Part shown: piece by piece, positions 50,988-61,631 of the stretch | Position numbering within the stretch: position 1 is the stretch's first letter | How the letters are laid out: each line of letters begins with the position of its first letter | Source of the DNA: an uncultured Verrucomicrobiae bacterium | GTDB taxonomy: Bacteria; Verrucomicrobiota; Verrucomicrobiia; Limisphaerales; Palsa-1400 | Assembly: GCA_963707025.1 (NCBI GenBank) | Contig: CAVPOM010000014.1 | Span: forward strand, 96,001 to 160,000 | Direction: 5' to 3' | Length of the DNA: 64,000 nt | Translations under genes and position numbers: made by a program | The notes under the pieces: generated by a model | What the model was told of the DNA's origin: nothing | Database searches by the model: none | What the model saw: the letters and a program-made list of their open reading frames with translations, nothing else

Positions 50988-51259
50988 TGCAAACTTCGCC
51001 CCCCCGATCCTGAGCGAGTTCTTCAGCAGCGCGGCCGCCCCGACCGCAGCCGCCGGCGTCCCGCCGACGGAATCCTTCCTCCCAAACCAGGCCGCCTTTT
51101 GGGTGAGTCAGCAAACACCTCGCCAATGATTCGGGTTCGTCATTTCCACGCCTCCAGGCGCCTGTTGGCACTGGCGCTCCCGCCATTCCTCTTCCTCTCC
51201 TCCATTGCCGGAGAGGGTCGGGGTGGGGAAGCCCGCCAGATTGGCCTGCCCCGGCCGCA

Positions 51260-52240
51260 TCAGTTGACCTGAGCTTGTTCATGAAAAAGGTCCTCCGTTT
51301 TGGGCAGGGTGGTTTCCTCCAACTCCCGCAGCAGGTTTTTGAAGCCCCAGCCGGAATAAAGCCGCCGCAGTTCCTCCGCGTCCCTCTGCCGCACCGCCAA
51401 ATCCTCCATTCGCAAATCGCACTCCATGGTGTCTCTCAGCCTGATCAGTTGTTGGTTGCGCCGGACCGCCTCCTCCTCCGCGAGCAGACGGGTCCGCACC
51501 CGCTCGGACCGCACTTCTGGCAAACGCCCGTACATTACATCTATCGTACCGAATTGTCCCAACAATTCCGCAGCAATCTTCGCGCCAATCCCCGGCACGC
51601 CCGGTATGTTGTCCGACGCGTCCCCAACCAGGCTCAACCAGTCCACGATTTGGGCCGGCGCCACTCCCGTCTTCTGCCGGACTTGCCCGGCATCCCACAG
51701 GCCTTCGGTTTTGTCCTGTGGCACCAGCAGTTTGACCCCGCCGGCTACCAACTGCATAAAATCCTTGTCCGAACTGGCGATCACCACCGCCAGGCCCGCC
51801 GCCGCGCCCTGCGCCGTCAAGGCCGCGATGCAATCGTCCGCCTCGCATCCTTCTTTCCTCAAGGAACAGACCCCGGCCGCCCGCAAATACTCCACCATGC
51901 CATCCAATTGCGGCGCCAAACCGGCCGGCATCTCCGCCCGCTGCGCCTTGTATTCGGGCAGCAGCCTCATCCGTTCCGCCGTCAAGCCCCCATCCCATGC
52001 CACCACCGTGTGCGTCGGCTGCACCCGGGCCTGCACCTTCCCCAGCATGCGGATGAAACCGTAAATCGCGTTGGTCGGCTGCCCTGATGGCGAGGTCAGC
52101 GACGCTATCCCAAAAAACGCCCGATAAGCATAACAGTGCCCGTCCACGATCAACAACGGACCGCCCGCCGGCCCATTGGACCAGGCAGCCCCGGCCTTGG
52201 GCGGCGATCCCGGGTTTGAGGATGTCGGGCTGCTTTGCAT
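51260..52240 (-). CDS. Standalone 5'-3' exonuclease / flap endonuclease (PolA N-terminal-like)
   Basis: IVDGHCYAYRAFF, PTNAIYGF, YKAQR, EADD, SSDKD, GDASDNIPGVPGIGAK; no polymerase domain follows. Confidence 0.92.
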   Translation of the reverse strand: MQSSPTSSNPGSPPKAGAAWSNGPAGGPLLIVDGHCYAYRAFFGIASLTSPSGQPTNAIYGFIRMLGKVQARVQPTHTVVAWDGGLTAERMRLLPEYKAQRAEMPAGLAPQLDGMVEYLRAAGVCSLRKEGCEADDCIAALTAQGAAAGLAVVIASSDKDFMQLVAGGVKLLVPQDKTEGLWDAGQVRQKTGVAPAQIVDWLSLVGDASDNIPGVPGIGAKIAAELLGQFGTIDVMYGRLPEVRSERVRTRLLAEEEAVRRNQQLIRLRDTMECDLRMEDLAVRQRDAEELRRLYSGWGFKNLLRELEETTLPKTEDLFHEQAQVN

Positions 52241-52266
52241 GGGAGCGGGCCTCGCCAATCAGCAGG

Positions 52267-55107
52267 TCAGGGCGCTTTAGCCCCCACCGGTTGAGGCGGG
52301 ACGGAATTCTTGGCGAAAGGCATCTCCTCATCGGTATGCAATTTATTACCCGCTGGATCAATAATTGTCGCCGTGACGAACACCATCAAATTCTGCTTCT
52401 GACTGTAGGAGTACTCGCTTTGGAACAACCGGCCCAGCAGCGGCAAATCGCCCAGCACCGGTATCTTGTCTTTGAACTTGGTGATGTTTTCCGCGATCAA
52501 CCCGCCCAACATGACCGTCTGGCCGTCCCAGACATTGACACTGGTGACGACCTGGCGGACGCGGTAATGCGGCAGCGGCAGCACCGCCGTCAGCGGCACA
52601 CCGATGGAAGAACCGGCGACCGATTGGGCCTGGATCAGAAACGGGCCGGGAGGGTCGTAACCGACGAATTCGGTCAAGGTGGGAATGAGAACCATCGAGA
52701 TGGAATAGCCGTCCGATTCAATCGAGGGCAGTACGTCCAAAGCCGGTCCCGCCGTGAATGGACTGGTGCCAGGGATCGAGGAGGAGGCGACTGCCGAAGA
52801 GGTGCTCAGCCCGCCGGCTCCGGTGCTCGCTCCAAAGCCGCCGGCTCCGGTTGAGGACACGCCGGAAGTGGTGACGATATCTATAATGTCACTCACCTGC
52901 ACATGCGCCTGCCGCCCGCTCTCGGTCGTCACCCGCGGAGCGGACAGGATATCCGCTCCGTCCCGTTGTTCAATCGCCTGAATGGCCAGGCGAAATTGCG
53001 GGTCGGTCAAAATGCCGGTAATGGTGCCCAAGGTGGTCAGCCCTGGCCCGGACGGGGAGCCGGGGGGAGCGGTGCGCAAGGCCGTGCCGGTCAGACTGGA
53101 ATCTGAAGTGGACGGCGGAATCTGCAGGGGGATGGCACTCCCACTGGCACTGGTGGTGGAGAAACCGGTGGGACCCGCCCCAGGGAAGTTGCCCGATGGA
53201 TTGGCCAGCGTCGGCGGCGATGAGTACGAAGGCGCCGTGCCCGCCTCGGCCCCGATGGCGCCCTTGTTCACCGTAAAGTTTCCCAGATTCCATTGAAAGC
53301 CCAACCCTTTGGCGTCGTTTTGTGTCACCGAGGCAAATTTGGTGTCAATCTGCACTTCCGGCGGGATTTTGTTCAGCAGTTGGATGACCCGTTCCACCAT
53401 GTCCAAGTCCTGCGTCGTCGCCCGCACCAGCATATCCCCGGTCCGCTCATTGAAGAAAACGAAGGTGCCATTAGTGTTCAAATTAATGCCCATGGTCCGC
53501 AAGAAGTATTGGCTGACCAGAGCGTTGTCATTAAGCGTCAAGTTGGTCACTGTGATATAAGGAAGGAATGAGGGGGTGACCTGCAGATAAGTGGCAGTCC
53601 CCTGCCCTCCGCCCCCGCCGAACCCGCCGCCGCCGCCAATCCCGCCAGCCCCGCCAATCCCACCGCCCCCAATCCCACCGCCCCCAATTCCACCACCGCC
53701 AAAGCCACCGCCCCCAAACCCGCCGCCGCCGCCAATGCCGCCGCCGCCAAAACCACCACCGCCAATGCCACCGCTTGAGCCGCCGATGCCGCCTCCGCCC
53801 ACGCCGCCCCCCGCGGAATTGGCCGTGCCGGAAATGCCTGTCACAGACACTCCGATTAATCCCTGCACAAAAGTATCCGGGTTCACATGGAACAACCGCG
53901 TTTCCAGCGCCGCCGCTTCAACCGGCTTCACAAAGAACCACACCGCGTAATCCTCCACTGAGTAGCTCAGGCCATTGGGACTGTCGGACAATTGACAAAT
54001 CGCATCCAACGCCTCAAGCAAGGTCACATTGTTGAGCGGCGGATTGATTTTGATCTGGATGGTGGACGCTTCGACAAACGCCGCCGGCGGCGCCGTCAAA
54101 TCAACGGCCAGCGCGGCGGCCCCGGAACTGGGGCTGGGGCGCGGATTGAACATAAAATTGATGCCGACGTTCTCCAGGTCGTTGGAGATGGACCGCCTCT
54201 TCAGGCTCTTGAGCACTTCGCTCAACGGCATGCCGGTTTCCAAGGTGGCTTCGTCGGGCAGATTCTCCAGTTTGATCTCCTGCAGTTTGCGCATGATGGT
54301 CGAACGGCCCGGACTGGTGTGAATCAGAGTGCTTTTGGCGTAACTGTTGGGCACCGGCAACTCCTGGGCCTTGGTCGAAAGCAGCCAGGTCCGCTCCACC
54401 TGTTCCAGTTCGGTTTTGGTGTCCCGCTCCCGGTTGCGCGCGTCATTGATGTAACGGGCTTCCTTGAGCAAATCCAAATAGTAAGGCGCCGCCGCGTTGG
54501 ACGGATCCAGGGCCAGCGCCTGTAAGAGCACTTTCTCCGCCTCGTCCAGCCTTCCCATCTCGTAAAGCAGTCTGCCGTTCTGCACCAGGGTGGCCACCTG
54601 CGTGTTGGTCCTATCGAACTGCGGAATCATCTTGAGCACGTCCGGGCTGGGAACCCGGCCCTCCTGCGCGGCGGTGTTCAAGTCTATTTCCTTGCGCAGG
54701 ATGCGCAGCCGTTCATTGCCGGGATCATACTTCAGGGCGGCGTTGACCTGGTCGCTGGCCGCGGCCATCTCCCCCAGCTTCATGTATTGCCGGGCCAGCA
54801 ATTCCCGTGTCTCAGCGTGGCCGGCCAGCGCCTCCAACTTCTCCCCGTCCACTTTGAGATTGCCCACCTCCACGTACGGAATGTTGGTCACGGCATCCTG
54901 GTAAAGTTTGGCGGCGCTGGCGATCTCGTTGCGCTTCCGGGCCGCGTCCGCCGCCCGCAGGTCCCTTTCCATGTCGCCGGTCGCGGCCTGGCGGCGCACC
55001 GCTTCATCCTGCGCCAGTTGAATGGCGTCCTGGCTGTTGGTCTGGGCCTGCGCGGAGAAGGCCAGAAAGAAAACGAGGCTGATGGTGATTTGGGCTGCTG
55101 GTCTCAT
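52267..55107 (-). CDS. Outer-membrane secretin (GspD/PilQ family) with N-terminal TPRs, Amuc_1098-like
   Basis: Signal peptide, TPR motifs, N3 (NERTGDMLVRAT), ILSAPRVTTESG, DGQTVMLGGLI, KIPVLGDLPLLGRLF, NLMVFVTATII. Confidence 0.92.
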   Translation of the reverse strand: MRPAAQITISLVFFLAFSAQAQTNSQDAIQLAQDEAVRRQAATGDMERDLRAADAARKRNEIASAAKLYQDAVTNIPYVEVGNLKVDGEKLEALAGHAETRELLARQYMKLGEMAAASDQVNAALKYDPGNERLRILRKEIDLNTAAQEGRVPSPDVLKMIPQFDRTNTQVATLVQNGRLLYEMGRLDEAEKVLLQALALDPSNAAAPYYLDLLKEARYINDARNRERDTKTELEQVERTWLLSTKAQELPVPNSYAKSTLIHTSPGRSTIMRKLQEIKLENLPDEATLETGMPLSEVLKSLKRRSISNDLENVGINFMFNPRPSPSSGAAALAVDLTAPPAAFVEASTIQIKINPPLNNVTLLEALDAICQLSDSPNGLSYSVEDYAVWFFVKPVEAAALETRLFHVNPDTFVQGLIGVSVTGISGTANSAGGGVGGGGIGGSSGGIGGGGFGGGGIGGGGGFGGGGFGGGGIGGGGIGGGGIGGAGGIGGGGGFGGGGGQGTATYLQVTPSFLPYITVTNLTLNDNALVSQYFLRTMGINLNTNGTFVFFNERTGDMLVRATTQDLDMVERVIQLLNKIPPEVQIDTKFASVTQNDAKGLGFQWNLGNFTVNKGAIGAEAGTAPSYSSPPTLANPSGNFPGAGPTGFSTTSASGSAIPLQIPPSTSDSSLTGTALRTAPPGSPSGPGLTTLGTITGILTDPQFRLAIQAIEQRDGADILSAPRVTTESGRQAHVQVSDIIDIVTTSGVSSTGAGGFGASTGAGGLSTSSAVASSSIPGTSPFTAGPALDVLPSIESDGYSISMVLIPTLTEFVGYDPPGPFLIQAQSVAGSSIGVPLTAVLPLPHYRVRQVVTSVNVWDGQTVMLGGLIAENITKFKDKIPVLGDLPLLGRLFQSEYSYSQKQNLMVFVTATIIDPAGNKLHTDEEMPFAKNSVPPQPVGAKAP

Positions 55108-55141
55108 GGTGTCTTGTCTCTTTGGATTTTTCTCCCAGGGC

Positions 55142-55912
55142 TTATGGCCCGCCGTTCCATTCTCTTTGGCTCTTTTGGGCCGTCCTGGTGTTCTGCACTG
55201 TAACGGTATTGCTGGTAATGGCAATGATTTTCCACTCTTCCTGCGAAAGCTGCAGCGTATCGTTGACGTGCTTCTTGTTGAACACGTTGGTGCTGTCGGA
55301 CGCATTATATTTCATGCTCGCTTCATACAGTTCCACCCGCTGGTACGGCTCCGTGGCCGTCACCAAGTTGGTTTGTCCGGTTTCGGGTATCAGCACTTGG
55401 AGCTTGGCTGGCGTTTCCTGAGCAGCATTGGTGCCAACGATCACACAAGGATAGGGCTTGTTTTTGGGGCCCTTGTCGTTGTAGGCGCCAAACCATCTCA
55501 CCTCCGGCCCCATCGGATGTTTGGCGACCATCTGAAAGGCCTCCCCCGCTTGTTTGTCCAGCCGGATGGTATAATAAAGCGGCACGATCTCGGTCACCGT
55601 CAGCGCCATGGGGCCTTCCCTGTTCATTTTGAACAGCCGCCCGTCATGGCTCATTTTCCAAGTCACCGGATTAAACAGGTTATGATCGTCGCTCAAACTG
55701 AACTCGGGCACATCCTTCAAGCCTTTGAGCGCGTTGCGCAATGCCGTCAGATCCACCGCGACCCACGGCTTGGCCGGCGGCGGGGTCCCGAAGGTGGTGG
55801 GGCTCTTGGCCTCCCTCACCGCCGCGAACAACCAAAAGGCTGCCGCCCCAAGCCCCGCCAGGACGGCGCTCAAAATGATCTTCTCAAAATGTCTCTTCAA
55901 AAATTGCATCAC
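55142..55912 (-). CDS. Single-TM pilus-cluster protein, Amuc_1099-like
   Basis: FLKRHFEKIILS + TM helix; position between the Amuc_1100-like gene and the secretin. Confidence 0.7.
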   Translation of the reverse strand: MMQFLKRHFEKIILSAVLAGLGAAAFWLFAAVREAKSPTTFGTPPPAKPWVAVDLTALRNALKGLKDVPEFSLSDDHNLFNPVTWKMSHDGRLFKMNREGPMALTVTEIVPLYYTIRLDKQAGEAFQMVAKHPMGPEVRWFGAYNDKGPKNKPYPCVIVGTNAAQETPAKLQVLIPETGQTNLVTATEPYQRVELYEASMKYNASDSTNVFNKKHVNDTLQLSQEEWKIIAITSNTVTVQNTRTAQKSQREWNGGP

Positions 55913-56919
55913 TTGAATTTGATCACCTCCACCGACAGCGTGATGTAAAGCAACTGCTCCCGCTCCACCGTCCTCGGCCCGCCGGCGACCGGCGCGGCCG
56001 CCAGCTTGTCCTTCCAGGCCTCCATCGCTCTCTCATAGGCCATGGCCTTGAGATTATAGAGTCTTACTTTCGCATCGTATTGGGCCGGGCTTTCGCGAAA
56101 CCCCCGGACGGGCGGGTCGCCCGGCGGCGTGGGCTGGCCCGGCAGCGTCACGCCCGGCGCGTACCCGGGCTGATCCAGCGTTTTTGGACCCGCCGGCCGG
56201 ACCACGATATTTTTGACAACAAAACAATTGCTCGACCGGGCCAGCCCCGCCAGGACGGCGGCCAGTTCCCGCGTGAAGCTCTTAAACTCCATCTTGTACG
56301 GGGTCGCGGTGCCAAAGGCCGTGGGGGCAATGTGCGTGTTCAGAAGATCGTTGGCCGTCGCAATCAGATCGTTGGTGGAGTTGACGGGCACGCGCCGCAT
56401 GCTCACCAGGGAATTGATTTTGGCGCTGTAAAGTATGTCGCAAAGCGTCTTGATTTCCGCCAATTGCTGCATCCACAAGGGGATGTTTTCCGCCGGCGGA
56501 TTGAGTTTGCCCCGCTGATCGGTGAACCCAAAGGCAAAATCATCGGGCACTCCCACCTCCGCGTTGGTCGCCTTGGTTCTCAAATCAAAAATCGTGTTCT
56601 CCAGATATTCGGAGAATCCCTTGGCATCCTCCTTGGGCGGGATGGGGAAGGGGGCGAAGGTTTGGCGCAACTGATCCACCAACCCCTTGACCTGGCCCTG
56701 GTCTTCCCGGGCATGCTGGATGTTGTCGTCCGACGGGTAAGGCACCTTTGGATTGTTGCCCAAGGCCTCGTACTGGCTGGTATAATCCGCAAAATCCTTG
56801 TTCACCGCCGCATTATTGCTCAAATCCACCCAAAAAAACACATACGCGCAGTAACCCGTCAATATCAAACCCGCCGCCAAGCCGAGAGCAAAAAACAAAT
56901 TTCGTTTAATCCAGGCCAT
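55909..56919 (-). CDS. PilO-like / Amuc_1100-like protein
   Basis: N-terminal TM, coiled coil, FAFGF, QQLAEIKTLCDIL, Y..EF......LAAVL..LA.S..CFVVKNI; follows pilM. Confidence 0.75.
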   Translation of the reverse strand: MAWIKRNLFFALGLAAGLILTGYCAYVFFWVDLSNNAAVNKDFADYTSQYEALGNNPKVPYPSDDNIQHAREDQGQVKGLVDQLRQTFAPFPIPPKEDAKGFSEYLENTIFDLRTKATNAEVGVPDDFAFGFTDQRGKLNPPAENIPLWMQQLAEIKTLCDILYSAKINSLVSMRRVPVNSTNDLIATANDLLNTHIAPTAFGTATPYKMEFKSFTRELAAVLAGLARSSNCFVVKNIVVRPAGPKTLDQPGYAPGVTLPGQPTPPGDPPVRGFRESPAQYDAKVRLYNLKAMAYERAMEAWKDKLAAAPVAGGPRTVEREQLLYITLSVEVIKFK

Positions 56920-56923
56920 ACCT

Positions 56924-58804
56924 TTAGAGCTTGAACGGATGCTTGAGCCCAACGCTCAGTCTAAAGGTCAACGTGTTCGTATCCGAGTTGTCCGCCTCCA
57001 GGCCCATCTCCCCAAGCTTGGCGTCGGTGAAAAAGGGCGACGCGTTCAGGCCCGCCGACACGGCGAACGCCAAATCCGAGTTGGCGGACGCCGAGATTTT
57101 ACTCCGGTCTATCATCCGGCAGGTCATCTGAATGTTGCTGATAGTGTTGTCGCCGGAAGTGTTGCCCGTCGGCTGGTTCGGTCGCGACGGCGCCCTTCTC
57201 TCCGGCGCGCCGGTTCCGCCGGGCCCTGGCCTCCGGCCGAGCCGCGGATCATACATGCGGCGCTGCTGCGGAGCCGCCTCTCCCCCGCCCGTCCCGCCGC
57301 CATAGGCGCTGTTCTCGGGCAATTCCGGTTCAAATGTCTCCACCCACACTCCGGCATCCACGTTCTCGCCGCCGCTCTTTGCTTTCAGGGCGGCTTGCGT
57401 GCTGGCTTCCGCCTTCAGCAGCACGGCGCGCAGTTCCCCCAGCAATCTCACCCAATAAACATGGTTGTCGGAAAGCAGGGAGATTCCTTTGGCCTCGTCC
57501 AGCGCCTGGTCGCGGTCGTTAATCGCTTTTTTCAAATCCTGCGACTTCTTGGTCAATTCACCCAACTTCGCCTTGAGGTCAGCCAGCTTGCCCTGTCTCA
57601 TCCCGTAGATGCGCGCTTCGGCCTCATGCAGCAGGAAAACCGACAGCGCCAGGCTGAAGATGGCCGCGATCAGATAGGGCTTCTTCTGCGCAAATTCCTG
57701 CCGCTGGATCGAGCTTTTGGGCATCAAATTCAGTTCCACCGGGCAATGGGCCAGATCCCTCAACCCCAATCCCACCACCTCCCCAAAGGAATGGGCATAC
57801 TTGGACAATTCTTCCAAATCCAGCGCCGGCCCGATTTCGATGTTGCGGAATGGATTAAAGTAATCCACCGGCAGGTTGAGCTTCTCCGCGAAAAACTGCG
57901 CCGTGTAAGGCATGATCGAAGCCCCCCCGGACAGATAGAGCCGTTCCGGCGGCGAGCCCCCTTGCTGGCCCCGGTAGAATTGAATGGTCTGGTTGACTTG
58001 AATATGCAGCCGCGTCATCACTTGCCGGGCGATTTTGGCGATGGCCGCCGCCTGCGGGTCCTCCGGCTCTTCGTAGGCCCCGCCCAGGCTGACCGACCCC
58101 TTTTCCAGCTTGGTCGCCTCCGCTTCCGGGAACCGCATCTTGGCCTCATGCCCGAAATCCTGGGTGATGGAATTGGCCCCGATGTTGATGCTCCGCGCAT
58201 AGACCTTCCCCTTCTCGAAAAAAAGCAGATTGCTCGTCTTGGCGCCGACGTCCAGCAGCATGCTGCACCCTTCCACCTCCCCGTAATTGTAGCGAAAGGC
58301 ATTGCACAGCGCCGCCGAGGACACATCCACCAGTTTGATCCGCAGCCCCGCCCCTTCCCCCACCCGGAACAGGCCCTCGATGATTTCCGATTTCACCGCC
58401 ACCAGCAACACCTCCAGTTCGTTGCTGGCCGAGGTGCCCAGAATTTGATAATCCCACACCACCTCGTCCAGCGGGAACGGCACATTTTGCTGCGCTTCGT
58501 AGCGGATGATTTGCGTCACCTTCGACGTGTCCACCGGCGGCAGCTTGACGAATTTGGAAAAGACATGAAAACCCGGCGCGCAAACATTGCTCTGGCGCGA
58601 GCTGAAGTTTTTCTCCGCCAGCAACTCCTGCAAGGCCTTGAGCATGGCCGCCTCCCGGCTCGCCTCCTGCGAACCCTCCAGGCCCAGCGGCTTGATGCCA
58701 TACTGCTTCAAGCGCAATCCGCCCGCGTCGTTCTGTTCAAACTCCGCCAGCTTCAGGCTTCCCGCCCCAAAATCTATCGCCAAAAATGATTTCGCATTTA
58801 ACAT
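56924..58804 (-). CDS. pilM: Type IV pilus assembly protein PilM fused to a PilN-like domain
   Basis: Actin-like fold AIDFGAGSLK, EAQQNVPFP, LDVGAKTS, LSGG; then ELNLMP (PilN motif), TM helix and periplasmic domain. Confidence 0.9.
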   Translation of the reverse strand: MLNAKSFLAIDFGAGSLKLAEFEQNDAGGLRLKQYGIKPLGLEGSQEASREAAMLKALQELLAEKNFSSRQSNVCAPGFHVFSKFVKLPPVDTSKVTQIIRYEAQQNVPFPLDEVVWDYQILGTSASNELEVLLVAVKSEIIEGLFRVGEGAGLRIKLVDVSSAALCNAFRYNYGEVEGCSMLLDVGAKTSNLLFFEKGKVYARSINIGANSITQDFGHEAKMRFPEAEATKLEKGSVSLGGAYEEPEDPQAAAIAKIARQVMTRLHIQVNQTIQFYRGQQGGSPPERLYLSGGASIMPYTAQFFAEKLNLPVDYFNPFRNIEIGPALDLEELSKYAHSFGEVVGLGLRDLAHCPVELNLMPKSSIQRQEFAQKKPYLIAAIFSLALSVFLLHEAEARIYGMRQGKLADLKAKLGELTKKSQDLKKAINDRDQALDEAKGISLLSDNHVYWVRLLGELRAVLLKAEASTQAALKAKSGGENVDAGVWVETFEPELPENSAYGGGTGGGEAAPQQRRMYDPRLGRRPGPGGTGAPERRAPSRPNQPTGNTSGDNTISNIQMTCRMIDRSKISASANSDLAFAVSAGLNASPFFTDAKLGEMGLEADNSDTNTLTFRLSVGLKHPFKL

Positions 58805-59083
58805 GGGTCCTTTTCCTGCCGCCTTCGGCTCTTTACTTTACAAATGCCACGCGCCCCGTCTCAGCACAATTTGAAAAAGTCCGTGCTGATTACCGTACAT
58901 CGCCGCGGCGGTCAATTATTTTGAGCAAGTTATTTTATTTAAGCTAAAGACATGCCACCACCCGGCCTCCAACCGCAATGCAAATAAACTGCCTTTCCCA
59001 CGGCTTCCGGCCTTTTCCCCCTATTTTGCCTGGCTTTCCCCCCGTCATTTTCACGCCAAATGCGTGAAAATGCCGCACCCCCT

Positions 59084-60067
59084 TCACCTCCCAATCTTGC
59101 CCCGAAAATAATCAATAGTTTTGACAAGACCATCCCCCAGCGCCACCCGCGGTTCCCAGCCCAACCGCCTCCTGGCCCGCGCAATGTCGGGACGCCGCTG
59201 GCGCGGATCATCCTGCGGCAAGGGCCGATAACTGATTTTGCTGCGCGAACCGGTGGCCGCGATGATTTCGCGGGCAAATTGCAACACGGTTAATTCGGCC
59301 GGATTGCCGATGTTGACCGGCTCGCTGGTCCCGCTCTGCATCAGGCGGTAAATTCCTTCAATCAAGTCCGAGCAGTAGCAAAAACTGCGGGTCTGCGCCC
59401 CACGCCCAAAAACCGTCAGCGGCTGGTTCTTGAGCGCCTGGCTAATGAACGCCGGCACCACCCGCCCGTCATGCAATCTCATCCGCGGCCCGTAGGTGTT
59501 GAAGATGCGCACAATGCGGGTTTCCACGCCATGCTCGCGGTGATAGGCCATAGTCAGCGCCTCGGCGAAGCGCTTGGATTCGTCGTAGCAACCGCGCAGG
59601 CCGATGGGATTGACGTTGCCCCAGTAGGATTCGGTTTGCGGATGAACCAGCGGGTCGCCATACACCTCCGAAGTCGAGGCGAGCAGGAATTTGGCCGATT
59701 TGTGCAAGGCCAGTCCCAGCGCCTTGTGCGTCCCCAACGATCCCACCTTCAAGGTCTGGATCGGCAACTCCAAATAATCCACCGGACTGGCCGGTGAGGC
59801 GAAATGCCAGACGTAATCCACTGCCATGTCAAGAAACAAATACTCCGTCACATCCTGCTCGATGAATCTGAAATACTTGTTCCCCGCCAGATGCGCGATG
59901 TTGTCCACGCTGCCGGTGACCAGGTTGTCCACCGCCACCACCTTGTGACCGCGCCCCAAAAGGTAATCCACCAGGTGCGACCCCAGAAACCCGGCACCTC
60001 CGGTGACGACCGAGGCGGGTGGACGGGGCTTGGCCTTCCCGGCCGTCCGTTGCACTAGCCTGCCCAT
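59084..60067 (-). CDS. UDP-glucuronate decarboxylase-family SDR
   Basis: [61 protein letters not shown]. Confidence 0.92.
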   Translation of the reverse strand: MGRLVQRTAGKAKPRPPASVVTGGAGFLGSHLVDYLLGRGHKVVAVDNLVTGSVDNIAHLAGNKYFRFIEQDVTEYLFLDMAVDYVWHFASPASPVDYLELPIQTLKVGSLGTHKALGLALHKSAKFLLASTSEVYGDPLVHPQTESYWGNVNPIGLRGCYDESKRFAEALTMAYHREHGVETRIVRIFNTYGPRMRLHDGRVVPAFISQALKNQPLTVFGRGAQTRSFCYCSDLIEGIYRLMQSGTSEPVNIGNPAELTVLQFAREIIAATGSRSKISYRPLPQDDPRQRRPDIARARRRLGWEPRVALGDGLVKTIDYFRGKIGR

Positions 60068-60077
60068 AGCTCGCCCA

Positions 60078-61553
60078 TCAGCGCGCCCCCTTCCCCAGCA
60101 ATACCACCGGGATGGTCAGCCAGAGAATCTTGATGTCCAGCCATAAAGACCAATGATCAATGTATTCCAAATCCAGCCGCACCCATTCCTTGAAATCGCT
60201 CACCTCATTGCGTCCGCCCACCTGCCAGAGGCAGGTCAAACCCGGCTTGACGCTGAGACGGCGGCGATGCGCCCAATCATCGAAACGGTTGACTTCTTCC
60301 ACCGGCAAAGGCCGCGGGCCGACCAGGCTCATATCCCCCATCAAGACGTTGAAAAGCTGGGGAAATTCATCAAAGCTAAACTTGCGCAGAAAACGTCCTA
60401 TCCTGGTCACGCGCGGATCGTTGGTCACCTTGAAAACCGGGCCGGACATCTCATTCAGGGACGCCAGTTCCTGTTTGAGCTGCTCCGCGTTGCTGACCAT
60501 GGACCGGAATTTGTACATCATGAACGGCTTGCCGTTCAGCCCCGCCCGCTTCTGCCGGAAAAAGACCGGGCCGGGGGATGTCAATTTAATGAGGATCGCG
60601 GCCAGGAAAAAAAGCGGCAAGGCAAAGACCAGCAGCAAAAGCGCTCCCATCACATCAATGAATTGCTTGACCAAGCCGGCCCAGGAGGCCAGTTGCGGCC
60701 CGGAATGGAACACCAGCATGGGCCGTCCGCAAAAATCATCAATGGTGGTTTGCGAAATCCGGGGTTGGAAGAAATCCGCCACCAGCCAGGCTTCGATGCC
60801 CTCCAGTTCACAGGCCTGAATGGCCTCTTCAATCCGCCCAAAAACCGTGTGCCGCGCGCTGAGCACCACGCTGTTGACCGAATGCTCATGCAGAAACGAA
60901 ACCAAATCACTCGTGCAGGTTGTGTTCAGATCAATCTGACCCACCACCTCCAGTTCCGGCTGGGCTATCCGCATATCCGCTCGCAAGCTGGCCGTTTCTG
61001 CCGGCTCTCCCACCAGAACCACTCGTTTGGTGAACTGGGCCGCGCCCAGCCGGCCCTTCCGGCCTCGCAGCACCAACTCTTCTTTGAGCGCCATCAGGCC
61101 GAAGCTGCAAAGCCCGAAAAGCACGAGCACGCCGCGCGCCTGCCCCCCCCGGACCAGCAGGACCGCCACGATCAGTCCAATCGTCGAAAGAAAGCAAGCC
61201 CTGGCCAATTGCCAGGCCTTCTTCCGCCGCGGGGCGAATATCGCCTGTTCGTAGAACCCCTGGGCTTCCAGAATGAACATCGCCATTGGAATCACCACCA
61301 AAAACAGCGGAAAGTATTCGGAAAAGGGACCGATGCTGTCGGGTTGGTAGGGAATCGCACCAGGCGTGACGCCGGCCAAATCGTAGCGGACAAAATGCGC
61401 CAAGCCCTTGACGATGCCCAATTCCCGCAAGCCCGACACGACAGCGTGCCAATGGAAGCGGATGAAATGCGCCAGCCATAATCCCAACGCAAACACCATC
61501 CCATCCACCAATTGGTGAACCTGAACCCGGATTTGGCGATCACGACGCAACAT
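60078..61553 (-). CDS. Polyprenyl-phosphate sugar transferase (priming glycosyltransferase)
   Basis: N-terminal TMs; [46 protein letters not shown]. Confidence 0.93.
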   Translation of the reverse strand: MLRRDRQIRVQVHQLVDGMVFALGLWLAHFIRFHWHAVVSGLRELGIVKGLAHFVRYDLAGVTPGAIPYQPDSIGPFSEYFPLFLVVIPMAMFILEAQGFYEQAIFAPRRKKAWQLARACFLSTIGLIVAVLLVRGGQARGVLVLFGLCSFGLMALKEELVLRGRKGRLGAAQFTKRVVLVGEPAETASLRADMRIAQPELEVVGQIDLNTTCTSDLVSFLHEHSVNSVVLSARHTVFGRIEEAIQACELEGIEAWLVADFFQPRISQTTIDDFCGRPMLVFHSGPQLASWAGLVKQFIDVMGALLLLVFALPLFFLAAILIKLTSPGPVFFRQKRAGLNGKPFMMYKFRSMVSNAEQLKQELASLNEMSGPVFKVTNDPRVTRIGRFLRKFSFDEFPQLFNVLMGDMSLVGPRPLPVEEVNRFDDWAHRRRLSVKPGLTCLWQVGGRNEVSDFKEWVRLDLEYIDHWSLWLDIKILWLTIPVVLLGKGAR

Positions 61554-61631
61554 TTTGATTGTCTTAACTGATTCAGCGCCAGCACCATGGAGCACGCCCA
61601 CTTGGCTGGAAATGATTTAGCCAGCTACCCG

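Noticed and set aside
51260..52240. Truncated polA pseudogene
   Set aside because: Clean stop, intact motifs and no polymerase remnant downstream; fits a standalone exonuclease
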